In this document: one piece after another, positions 53,034-64,000 of the stretch
Position numbering within the stretch: position 1 is the stretch's first letter
How the letters are laid out: every line of letters begins with the position of its first letter
From: Octopus sinensis
Lineage: Eukaryota
Assembly: GCF_006345805.1 (NCBI RefSeq)
Contig: NC_042998.1
Coordinates: 28,024,001 to 28,088,000 of the forward strand
Length of the DNA: 64,000 nucleotides
Reading direction: 5' to 3'
The notes under the pieces: generated by a model
Told to the model about the DNA's origin: nothing
Seen by the model: the letters and a program-made list of their open reading frames with translations, nothing else
Databases searched by the model: none
Translations under genes and position numbers: made by a program

Positions 53034-53133
53034 NNNNNNNNNNNNNNNNNNNNNNNNNNNNNNNNNNNNNNNNNNNNNNNNNNNNNNNNNNNNNNNNNNN
53101 NNNNNNNNNNNNNNNNNNNNNNNNNNNNNNNNN
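53034..53133. other. Assembly gap (100 N)
   Basis: Exactly 100 N, a typical scaffolding placeholder. Confidence 0.99.
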
Positions 53134-53139
53134 AGTATC

Positions 53140-53518
53140 ATGTGCATGAATACATGTAATGCATTGCGTGTATATATATGTATACATTGTGTATGTATGT
53201 ATGTTATGTGTGTGTGTGTGTATATATATATTATATGTATGCGTACGTGTACGTGTATGTGTATGCATTGTAGTATGTGTGTTGTGGTATATGTGGTACA
53301 TCTATGTATGTGTATGTAAACACTATTTATATGATTGTGTATATATGTATATGCATTGTCTATATATATATATATTATATGTATGTATTGCGTATGTATA
53401 TTGCATGCATATATTGTGTATGTATATTACTTACTGCTGTATGTATGTATTGTATGTGTGTATATATATGCTAGGTGTATTTGTGTGATATTTATATATT
53501 ATGTATGTGTGCGTGTGT

Positions 53519-53553
<35 letters not shown>

Positions 53554-53755
53554 GTGTGTGTATGTGTGTTATATATCTGTGTATGTTATATATAGATAAT
53601 GTTATATTTGTGTGCGTGTGTATATGTGATATATGTGGGTGCGTTGTGTGTGGGTGTGTGTGTGTGTGTTGTTGTATGTGGTGTGTGTTTGTATACTATG
53701 TGTGTGTGTGTGTTGTTGTGTGTGTGTGTGTTTGTGGTATATATATGTGTGTGAC
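53140..53755. repeat. Degenerate (TG/TA)n low-complexity tract
   Basis: Direct reading. Confidence 0.9.
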
Positions 53756-54109
53756 AAACAGACGCTGTCTGACCAGCAGGCACTCACACATCTATTCACA
53801 CCCGATACTAACCTCCTGATAACCCCAAAAAATTCATGCATAAAGGGGAAGTATACACCACATTGGCTACTTCTTCTGTTCTCTCAGTTCAGCCTTTCTG
53901 CTAATACTGACAGGTCAGTAAAACATACTTAAAATATTCTGAGATGTAAAAAAATCCATTTTAATTTTTGCTGTCAAAACGCTGTATATATATACCAAAG
54001 ATTGTATATATATACATGTAATGTGACAATTTGCGACAACCAATAATTAACGCAACCAATTCCCAATAATATATTTGTTTTATCCTTTTCTGCCAAATTT
54101 TCCCAAATA

Positions 54110-54334
54110 ATGTGACAATTATGTATAAAAAAACATTTTTGAATTCATAATATCCAATGTGACAATTATGTAAAAACTTTTTTGAATGCATAATATTCAA
54201 TGCGACAATTATGTAAAAAACTTTTTTTGAAACCATAATATCCAATGTGACAATTATGTAAAAAATTTTTTGAATGCATAATATTCAATGTGACAATTAT
54301 GTAAAAAACTTTTTTTGAACCCATATTATTCAAT
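54110..54334. repeat. Minisatellite, ~43-46-bp unit x5
   Basis: AATGTGACAATTATGTAAAAA(A)CTTTTTTGAA(T/A/C)(G/C)CATAATAT(T/C)C. Confidence 0.9.
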
Positions 54335-54460
54335 GTTCCTTAAATGTAACTTTTGACAATTTTACCAAAGAGTGAAACCGGTTAAGTAAATAAACATCGT
54401 TTAATTGCATTTCAAACCTTTTTCTATATAATCCCACTCGTGCGATACCCCACAACTCAA

Positions 54461-54464
<4 letters not shown>

Positions 54465-54513
<49 letters not shown>

Positions 54514-54517
54514 ATAG

Positions 54518-54558
<41 letters not shown>

Positions 54559-54579
54559 AGAGGTATATATATATATATA

Positions 54580-54620
<41 letters not shown>

Positions 54621-54645
54621 ATATGTATATATATGTATATATGTA

Positions 54646-54718
<73 letters not shown>

Positions 54719-54748
54719 GTATATATAATATTATATATGTATATATTA

Positions 54749-54789
<41 letters not shown>

Positions 54790-54920
54790 GTGTGTGTTTA
54801 TACGTATATACGATGATATACCTGTCTGTGTATGAGTATATGATGCGCACATGCAGATATACATACATATACATACATACATAGAAACATATATATATGT
54901 ATATATATATATATATATAT
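54465..54920. repeat. (TA)n/(TATG)n microsatellite
   Basis: Direct reading. Confidence 0.95.
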
Positions 54921-55106
54921 TGGTTGGTTGGCGTCCTTTCTGTCTCGGAAGACAACGGAGTGGCGCATGAAGTAATCTAGTCCGGCTTTTATATTTCATG
55001 CCCTGATACATTTCCTGCTGTGGCTGTATAGCCCTATCCTGGACAAACACTCCCTCTGGCAGGTACCGCAAATGTAGCGAAGACTGTTCCTGGCTGGTTG
55101 TAGTGC
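54921..55106 (-). mobile_element. 3' tip of a second RTE-clade LINE
   Basis: [23 protein letters not shown] terminal zinc finger, then RTE-type end CCGTTGTCTTCCGAGACAGAAAGGACGCC. Confidence 0.8.
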
Positions 55107-55633
55107 CATAGTCTCATATATATATATATATATATTGATAGTAGTACTTCTTCACAGAATGTCCAAATTTGAGGTTTTAACAATATCATAAAAGCAACAA
55201 TCGACATGGGCGTATATTTAAAAGTGAAGGAAGCGTTTAAGAATTTGTAAGGAAATTTTGAGTTTGTGTTAGCGTCACCGAACAAATATCCGATTGATAT
55301 TTAAGTTATGTGTCTATTGCTATGCGCGTACGAGTCACAGCTAAGGTACACATAAATTTAACCTATCGTAGAGTGAGAGAGAGGGAGAGGTTGGAAAGAA
55401 GAAGAAGAAGAGAGAGAGAGAGAGTCTGTGAGTAAGAGTAAGAGAAATAGCTAGAGAGAGAGAAATCCTTATTAAATATATTCTCGGTTTCACTTCACTG
55501 GAGCAGTTTTAGCCTGGTGCTACAGCAAAGTTAATCATGCATAACGATGGATAGAACAAAAGAAATGGTTGTTACCAATTATATATATATATGTGTATGT
55601 GTTTGTGCGCGCGTGTGTGGCCATGTTGGCCAC

Positions 55634-55905
55634 AGGCGTGGCGGCGTGGTAAGAAGCTTGCTTCACAACATGATTCTGGGTTCAGTCGCACTGCATGGCA
55701 CCTTGGGCAAATGTCTTTTTCTATAGCATCGGGTAGACAAAAGCCTTTGTTCGTCCCCTCTATGTTTAGCCCCTTGTTGGCAATACAGAAATAAGAATCG
55801 TTAGCACGCAGGACGGAATACCTAGCGGTTGTCAAAAAAGAGTGCTAGGCTTACAAATTCCTCCAAGGCGGTGCCCAGTACGACCGCAGTAAAAATGACT
55901 GAAAA
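55634..55905 (+). mobile_element. Chimeric SINE: family B head and CORE, family C tail and head fragments, family B tail
   Basis: CACCTTGGGCAAATGTC, then CCCCTCTATGTTTAGCCCCTTG, then AATCGTTAGCACG, then AAGGCGGTGCCCAG. Confidence 0.65.
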
Positions 55906-56713
55906 TATATATACATATAATTTTACGTATACATTATCATTTACTATAATTATTAATCTCACAATAGCAGAATCCCTTACAAAGCGCTTTACCGTATTTG
56001 TTTTCCTACGGAAATCTCATTTCAAACCGCTACGTACACAACACTGAAGGCAACACCAGAAGTAATTGCAAAGTATTGGAACAGATTCAATAGAATCTGT
56101 CAATTTCTTATGAATGACCTTGTACCTTAAAAAGAATATTAAGCAAAGTATCTCAGGAACATGTCAAATTACATGCAGTGTTTGTCAGAATAAAATGCGG
56201 GCCTCATTCGTGTCAACACTATCTATATACAATATATTTTCCGATTATGCTAATCTTCGTATTTGTACATCATGGACATTGCTACAGAGAATGCGTGCAT
56301 ACTCAAATATAACAAATGACTATCTTATCGGATTGCAGCAAAATTAATAAATATATGCGCAGATGTTTTAAACAATGACAAGCTCCATTGCTTTGCTAAA
56401 GGTTATCGTATTAATTGCAATAAATAAATGATACCATCAATCATATTCATAGATAATACCCTCATACCATAAAACTGTATATAAAAAGGGATATATGCTG
56501 AAAACGATTATAAGTACGGAGAGTGATAATTCATACAAGCACGCACGAAAACATTAAGCGATACAAACAAATGAAGAAAAACGTACTCGAACATAGAGAT
56601 ATGGAAAAAGCATAAAATTCTAAAAGGAAACGGCGATAACCTCTGTCTGCAAATTCAACATTAATGCTGCAAATTCTATTCATCTAATTTTCTCTCTCTC
56701 TCTCACTCTCTCC

Positions 56714-56774
<61 letters not shown>

Positions 56775-56802
56775 TGCATATATGTATCACTTATATATAT
56801 GA

Positions 56803-56865
<63 letters not shown>

Positions 56866-56993
56866 GTATGTATATATATATACATATATATATATATAAA
56901 TATGTGTGTGTATATAAATATATGCATATATATATATGTATGTATGTATGTATGTGTATATATATACATATATACATATATAACATATATAAC

Positions 56994-57031
<38 letters not shown>

Positions 57032-57357
57032 TGAAGGTGCGTGGCTTAGTGGTTAGGGCATTCCGTTCACGATCGTAAGGTCGTGAGTTCAACTCCCGGC
57101 GATGCGTTGTGTGCCTGAGCAAGACACTTTGTTTCACGTGTTTCTCCAGTTCACTCAGCTGGCAAACGTGGGTAGTACCTGTATTTTAAAAGGCCGGCCT
57201 TGTCACACTCTGTGTCATGCTGAATCTCCCCGGAGAACTAAGTTAAAGGTACACGTGTCTGTGGAGTGCTCGTCCACTTGCACGTTAATTTCACGTGCAA
57301 CCTGTTCCGTTGATCGTATCAGCTGGAACCCTCGTCGTCGTAACCAACGGAGTGCAA
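57032..57357 (+). mobile_element. SINE with a different tRNA head and CORE-like domain but the family A 3' module
   Basis: TGGCTTAGTGG, GAGTTCAACTC, GTGCCTGAGCAAGACACTT; 3' part from GGCCGGCCTTGTCAC to GTCGTCGTAACC matches family A. Confidence 0.85.
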
Positions 57358-57361
57358 CTAT

Positions 57362-57394
<33 letters not shown>

Positions 57395-58440
57395 AACACA
57401 CACATATATATACATATATATAGTGAGAAAGACATAGGGAGTCAGATACTCACATCGCCTTGTTATGGTGGTTGAAATATTCTGCAAATCAGTGAGTATG
57501 GTAAACCACACCTCCAGAGTTTGAAGCACGCCGTATGTTTAGGTTTAGGGTGGAGCAGTCGCGGGCTTCTGCCACTCCACACGTGCTGCTGTTGAGTCTT
57601 TTTAATTAATGTTGACCGAGCGCTTTTGAAGCAACAGACGACAAACCATACGGTATAACGACGGGCATTCACACATCGGCCACAATGAAATATCGACACA
57701 TCCATAGGGTCGGGTGCAAGGGGATTTGGTATACTCCGTCCTCCAACATGAATGCGCCTTCTGCTAAATTAGTGAATGCTTGAAATCAATCTCTTACGAT
57801 AAACAAATATAATAACAATAAACAAATATCAAACATTATAAATTTCAGCATAATTTATCTGTTTATTCTTCTTTTGTTAGTTGCTTGATTATTCTCAGAT
57901 GTGAAGAGTGAACTACATTCGTATCAAATGTTTCGATTTTTACAGATATGCAAAAGCACACACATACATATGCATGCATATAATTATAAATGTACAGTAT
58001 AAGATGTGGACTCAGAAAATCGTGCCACTATCATAGAAAACAAACTCCTCCCACGGACCTGGCTACGAGTACGTTTGCTTTTGTATGTTGAAATTGACAC
58101 AACATGAAGAGGTTGGGAAACGGTCAAAATTCTATGGAAATCCTGTGGTTAAATAAATATATATTCCCTTTTCACACCTCATTTGATGGTCTTATACATA
58201 CATACGTAGATACATACAAAACATACATGATGTCGAAATTCCAATAAAGGTGCCTTGAATGTAGGTTTGAAACCTGCTCTTTCTCTATTGGTAAGAAATC
58301 TTGAAATAAAACTGAACAATTGCATACATACACATATAAAAATGATAAACAAAAACATAATGTGGACAGCTTCTAACCATGCAAAAAGTCCCATTTTCAG
58401 AAGGGCACAGTCAAAGAAATGTGTGGCTACGTAGATCCAG

Positions 58441-58475
<35 letters not shown>

Positions 58476-58754
58476 TCCGTAATAATGAAGGGTGAAATTA
58501 ATTAATTTGGAAAAATTATCAATTACACCAAGTAGTCTTCGGCATGTAAAAGCCTCATTCGAGGAAAATTTAAGTAATACTAAGCAATAAGGGTTTAGCA
58601 ACGAGTTGCCTTACACATACCGAATTTAGAAATAGCAGTCAAAGGGTTATAGCTATTTCTTTACTAAAAAGGGAGATCTCAGTAAAAACAGCATTGGAAG
58701 GCACAAACAGGTAAGAGAGAATGAATTGACTGCAATCTATCATACATTTTTTTT

Positions 58755-58878
58755 AGTTATCCACGGACGTACGTTTCGAAATCAAGTTTTAAGGAAAGCA
58801 TACGAATTAAATATTAAATATTAAATAATAAATAATTCTATCTTACCGAAACTTCTTTTCTCTTCAGCGTAGAATACT
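58755..58878 (-). ncRNA. Type I hammerhead ribozyme, unit 1
   Basis: Stem I UCUACG/CGUGGA (plus 3 more bp after a 2x2 loop); CUGAAGA; stem II GAAA/UUUC extended by AAGUUU/AAACUU; GAAA; palindromic stem III ACGUACGU; GUC triplet, cleavage between 58766 and 58765. Confidence 0.88.
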
Positions 58879-59357
58879 ATAATCATAAATGATTATATAT
58901 TGAATTTTGAGATACCAGAAGGCACCAACTCCACTCAGTATCAGAGCGAGCTAGAACCCGCAACTGGTATCACCGAATTCAATTTGTGAATGAAACGATT
59001 GTGTCAACAGCCCCTTCCCACCCGCGTGTAGCCAAAACAAGATGCTGTGGTCATCTACTGAGATAAAATATGGTTATCCGTAATAATGAAGGGTGAATTA
59101 ATTAATTTGGAAAAATTATCAATTACACCAAGTAGTCTTCGGCATGTAAAAGCCTCATTCGAGGAAAATTTAAGTAATACTAAGCAATAAGGGTTTAGCA
59201 ACGAGTTGCCTTACCACATACCGAATTTAGAAATAGCAGTCAAAGGGTTATAGCTATTTCTTCTACTAAAAAGGGAGATCTCAGTAAAAACAGCATTTGG
59301 AAGGCACAAACAGGTAAGAGAGAATGAATTGACTGCAATCTATCATACATTTTTTTT

Positions 59358-59480
59358 AGTTATCCACGGACGTACGTTTCGAAATCAAGTTTTAAGGAAA
59401 GCATACGAATTAAATATTAAAATTAAATAATAAATAATTCTATCTTACCGAAACTTCTTTTCTCTTCAGCGTAGAATACT
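59358..59480 (-). ncRNA. Type I hammerhead ribozyme, unit 2
   Basis: Same core and stems; cleavage between 59369 and 59368. Confidence 0.88.
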
Positions 59481-59942
59481 ATAATCATAAATGATTATAT
59501 TGAATTTTGAGATACCAGAAGGCACCAACTCCACTCAGTATCAGAGCGAGCTAGAACCCGCAACTGGTATCACCGAATTCAATTTGTGAATGAAACGATT
59601 GTGTCAACAGCCCCTTCCCACCCGCGTGTAGCCAAAACAAGATGCTGTGGTCATCTACTGAGATAAAATATGGTTATCCGTAATAATGAAGGGTGAAATT
59701 AATTAATTTGGAAAAAGTAGTCTTCGGCATGTAAAAGCCTCATTCGAGGAAAATTTAAGTAATACTAAGCAATAAGGGTTTAGCAACGAGTTGCCTTACC
59801 ACATACCGAATTTAGAAATAGCAGTCAAAGGGTTATAGCTATTTCTTCTACTAAAAAGGGAGATCTCAGTAAAAACAGCATTTGGAAGGCACAAACAGGT
59901 AAGAGAGAATGAATTGACTGCAATCTATCATACATTTTTTTT

Positions 59943-60066
59943 AGTTATCCACGGACGTACGTTTCGAAATCAAGTTTTAAGGAAAGCATACGAATTAAAT
60001 ATTAAATATTAAATAATAAATAATTCTATCTTACCGAAACTTCTTTTCTCTTCAGCGTAGAATACT
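59943..60066 (-). ncRNA. Type I hammerhead ribozyme, unit 3
   Basis: Same core and stems; cleavage between 59954 and 59953. Confidence 0.88.
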
Positions 60067-61082
60067 ATAATCATAAATGATTATATATTGAATTTTGAGA
60101 TACCAGAAGGCACCAACTCCACTCAGTATCAGAGCGAGCTAGAACCCGCAACTGGTATCACCGAATTCAATTTGTGAATGAAACTATATATTTATAGAAA
60201 TAGATAGATAGATATGCCTATACCTACATACATACCTACATATGCGTGTGCATATCTATCTATCTATCTATCTATACATGCGTTTGTGTACATGTGCATT
60301 TGGAATTGTGTATACGGTTTTTATTAGCGAAAATCTCAAGTTCAAGTTTTAAACATTAGTTATTGTCTGCAACTCTTAATGAAATAAAATGAAAGAAATG
60401 TATAAGATTCTTTAGTGAATAGGCGGATTTTTATGGTGGTCTTCGTAGACGAAACGCTTCACAGAAATAGCGACAGAATGTTTTATTGGCTGTTTCCAGG
60501 AAATTTATATACATATCGACTACTAAATATAACTTACACATACACATTACAATATAACACACTCACTCACACACACATAATTCATACCGATGCATATATG
60601 TGTATAAACGTACATAAACTTATGTGTTATTCTTTCCCAATTTTATCGATAGTCTTAATACTCATCTCTACTTTCACTTTCCACTCCACACATGTTGCAT
60701 TATCTTTGCTCTCCAGAAGATTGTTCTTCACCTGATATTGTTTGAGTTATTTCTAGAAGCAGTTTATGTTTTCTTGTAACAAAGAAATCTTATATAACAG
60801 GGAGACCTCAAGTAAATAATTATCATGGAGAATGTTCCGGGGAGTTATGACCCACCCCTGCTCATTACTATTTTAAATGTCAGTTCCTATCTTCACTCTA
60901 ATTTTATACACGCGCACGCACAGAGAGAGAAACAGAGAGAGCGAGAGAGAGAGAGAGAGAGGCACTCAGACAAACAGACACATATACATAAATATATATA
61001 TATGTATATATACATATAGACATATTTACATACATATATACATTACATAGATATATAATGTATATCTATCTATCTATCTATG

Positions 61083-61117
<35 letters not shown>

Positions 61118-61149
61118 TTATGTATGTATGTATGTATGTATGTATAGCT

Positions 61150-61893
61150 AACACCCATAAAAGGAAAGAGGAGGCTGGTTGCTCTTGCAGGGTGTACAAT
61201 GACTATCCAGTGGGAGGTCAATGCAAGGCCGAGGGAGTCATCTATGAGGTTGTGGTGATACCCAGGTTAAGCAATCATAGCAATATCAGCAATGGATCTT
61301 CTAACAACATCGACGGTACCGGAAGCAACGACCACGGCAGAAACACCAGCACTGACACCAACAATCCTAGCGTCAACACTACGGCCGGAAAGGATGATGA
61401 TCGTGTCGACCCCAGCAGCACCAATGGGGCTACCGGCCCCACGCACAATATTACCAACAACGGCTCAGACATCACTATCGGCGACAGTCGCACAAACGCA
61501 AAGGCCAAAGACGGCCACCACAACGGCAACAGCCAGAGTGACAGCAGCCACAGTGATATCGTCGGACCTACACTTCGTAATGATAACAGCACTGATGGCT
61601 ACCCCAGCAACACCGGTGGCCACAACATGTCCAGGCCCAGAGCCAACCGAAGGGTAATGTAAGTAATGTAATGCACCAGTAACGTGAGCACAACCAGCAT
61701 CGAAGCCTGAAAATATGTCAGGTTAACTGGGACAGCCTTCAAGCCACGCCTGTACTACCACAAGTCCTCTTTCAGGATTCTGGACAGACGATTAGTCACA
61801 TCCCTGGTTATCCATGCGTGGGGCCTCAAAGAGGTGAAGAGAGGCCACAATGCTAAAGCGTTTATGGATGCGAAACCGTTGGTCACTCTATGA
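61150..61893 (+). pseudogene. Penelope-like element remnant: Cys-rich linker and GIY-YIG endonuclease, interrupted by a low-complexity insert and in-frame stops
   Basis: CSCRVYNDYPVGGQC..EGVIYEVVV (Neptune-type CxC...P.GG.C...VIY), then in the same frame KYVRLTGTAFKPRLYYHKSSFR...TSLVIHAWGLKE; stops at 61660, 61669 and 61708. Confidence 0.8.
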
Positions 61894-63319
61894 CCAGACT
61901 TGAGCCCAGTTACTTATAAACGTATATATGTTTTATGTATGTATGTACGTACGTATTCCGTCCTAGGTGGAACCACTAGTTAAAGGAAGTATTTGAAAGT
62001 TATAATAACTTAACAGGATCTATATTCAACCGTTGTAGTGACTTCTCTCATTGCTTAATTGCAACTCATAAAAACACATCCCTAAATCACCACGATAAAT
62101 TGAATGCGTATGATCACCATATATAAAGGAATATAATCACACGTAAAAAATTGCACACAAGCTGAAGTAATGTCGTTTGACAAGTAATAGACAACGACAT
62201 TATATATGTCCGTGGCACATTCGCCACCTACATATATAAAAATGAAATTATAAATAAAACGTTGTGTTATAGCTGCAGTTAAAGAGTGTCTTGTGATATC
62301 TGAATTTAGAAGACTTGTGCAATAACAGCGAATTTGTTATGTCAAATGTTGCATTTAATTCAACTTAATTTGTATAATTTATTTAATTCGGTACTTCAAT
62401 GTTCTGTACTGTAACATAACTTCAAAATACGAATACCAACTGTGTGAAAGCATTTTTATTGAGGACACAGCAATTTGAGTGCGCCGGTGTGCTTCAGCGT
62501 ATAGCGCAAGAAACGGGAAATTGGAGGTGTTTAATACGAACATACTTGCTTTCATAAGAGAAGGCAAAGAATTGCTCGCAGCGTAATTAAAACAATGTTG
62601 ACGGAACTGACAACGACTAATATAGACGTATCTCATTGAAATAAAGTGCTAATATACAAAGTTTATTCAGTACTATTTTGTAATCATTGAAAATTTAGCG
62701 GAAATAAATAATCACGATTGATAACTTGTTTATTCTTGGCTACAATACGAAACATAACCTGGAACCACGAACTATCCACAAGCGTGTTTCTATTGTCACA
62801 GGAGTCTAAGTAATTCACGTTTAGTATTCAGCTAGTGCTAAAATCTTTCATATTTATATATATATACTCACTTAAAACATTCACAAACAATGCAAATATA
62901 TTTCTATTGTGCTCAAGTGATGCAAAATATTCTATTTTTATTAGATGGCACTTTAATAACAATATTCTTTCTTCAAACAACCATATCTCCTTTCATTCGG
63001 CTACTTTCCGCAAGAAATGAAAAATAATCACAATTTATATGTTCACTTTGGAGAGCGTCATAGCACACAGTACAATGACGTTTTCTAGTTGATACCAAAG
63101 TTTTTTTTTCTTGGGGAATTCGTTGACGCTTAAACTCTAAATCTCTTTAAGTTTTGTCTATCACACCTGGGTCTATGCTCAGTGAAAGAATGTAAATGAA
63201 TGCAAGAACACTGATGATATAAGTTCTGTTACTTTTGACGTTAATTCTACAATTTGGTTTATACGAAACGCTTATTAAACGCAACATCAGGTTTGCCTTA
63301 TCGACTCTGTTGGTTAACA

Positions 63320-63590
63320 ATCTACTACTACTACTACTACTACTACTATCACCCCTACCCCCAGTACCACCACCGCCACTACTACTACTGCTGCTCTTAC
63401 TACTACAACTCTACTACTACTACCACCACCACCACCACCACCACCACCACCACTACTACCACTACTACTACTGCTGCTGCTACTGTTGCTACTACCACTA
63501 CTACATTCTACTACTTATACTACTACTATTATTACTAATACTACTACCACTACTACTACTACTACTACTGCTACTACTGTTTATTCTTAT
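63320..63590. repeat. (CTA)n/(CAC)n/(CTG)n microsatellite
   Basis: Direct reading. Confidence 0.95.
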
Positions 63591-63721
63591 TATAATGCTA
63601 AAAACATTAGAACTTCAGAAAAATACTTCGTGTTCCATGTTCAATTGCTGGTGATGGTCAAATTTCACTTGTATCCGTCCGATATCGTTGAAACATATTC
63701 GAATCTGGTATTTATTTTAAC

Positions 63722-64000
63722 AATACAGTTCTATATTTAAGAGATGAGGAATTATGTACATTATTTACATTATTTACAGTTGACGGATATTTCTCCTCAT
63801 CTTCTTTGTTGTCAACACGTTTCGGCTGATATATCCTCCAGTCTTCATCTGGTGTCTTAGGGAAATTTCGAACCTGGGTTCTCATTCCTGAGGTATTTTT
63901 TCTTTCGATACTGTTATTATTATTATAATTATTCAGGTCACTGCCTGGAATCGAACTCGGGATCTTGGGGTTAGTGGCCCGCGCTCTTAACCACTACGCC
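63722..64000 (-). mobile_element. SINE-like element: tRNA head, (AAT)n spacer and tail with a decayed hammerhead
   Basis: GGCGTAGTGGTTAAG ... GAGTTCGATTCC head (63933-64000); body homologous to 50105-50256; HHR at ~63812-63857 has CAGAUGA instead of CUGAUGA. Confidence 0.85.

Larger units (their letters stand above)
58472..60183 (-). mobile_element. Tandem array of ~600-bp units (2.85 copies), each with a hammerhead ribozyme: retrozyme-like or Penelope pLTR array
   Basis: Units start at 58472, 59073 and 59673 (GTTATCCGTAATAATG); near-identical apart from small indels and a 16-bp deletion in unit 3; (TA)-rich flanks; no ORF. Confidence 0.9.

Noticed and set aside
52833-53319. ORFs spanning the poly-X stretch
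   Set aside because: Artefacts of the 100-N assembly gap
58520-58570. Second HHR-like motif in the array unit (minus strand CGAAUGA-GGC...GCC-GAAGAC)
   Set aside because: Both core segments deviate, and I found no stem I pairing or valid NUH
60425-60470. GTCTTCGTAGACGAAACGCTTCACAG as a hammerhead relic between the array and the PLE fragment
   Set aside because: No CUGANGA upstream; too degenerate to support

Overview
AT-rich, microsatellite-dense animal genomic DNA with no host protein-coding gene that I can support, so it is intergenic or a large intron. The SINE and microsatellite landscape looks like an octopus (coleoid cephalopod) genome; this is inference from recalled repeat families. 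Contents: a near-intact R4/Dong-clade non-LTR retrotransposon in (TAA)n (one 1,201-codon frame with only three nonsense codons) and two truncated relatives; Tx1, RTE and CR1/L2 LINE fragments; mariner, Helitron and MITE remnants; about 30 tRNA-derived SINE copies in three main families; and a 100-N gap. The most striking signal is a set of type I hammerhead ribozymes (HHRs) in three unrelated repeat families. (i) A 2.85-unit tandem array of ~600 bp (58.5-60.2 kb) has an intact HHR in each unit on the minus strand. This is the architecture of a non-LTR retrozyme or Penelope pLTR array predicted to make ~600-nt circular RNAs, and it lies ~1 kb from a Penelope-like GIY-YIG endonuclease remnant. 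(ii) A SINE-like element joins a Pol III tRNA head, an (AAT)n spacer and an HHR-bearing tail. (iii) A third element carries a CUGUUGA core variant. All RNA folds were done by eye; coordinates of degenerate repeats are approximate.
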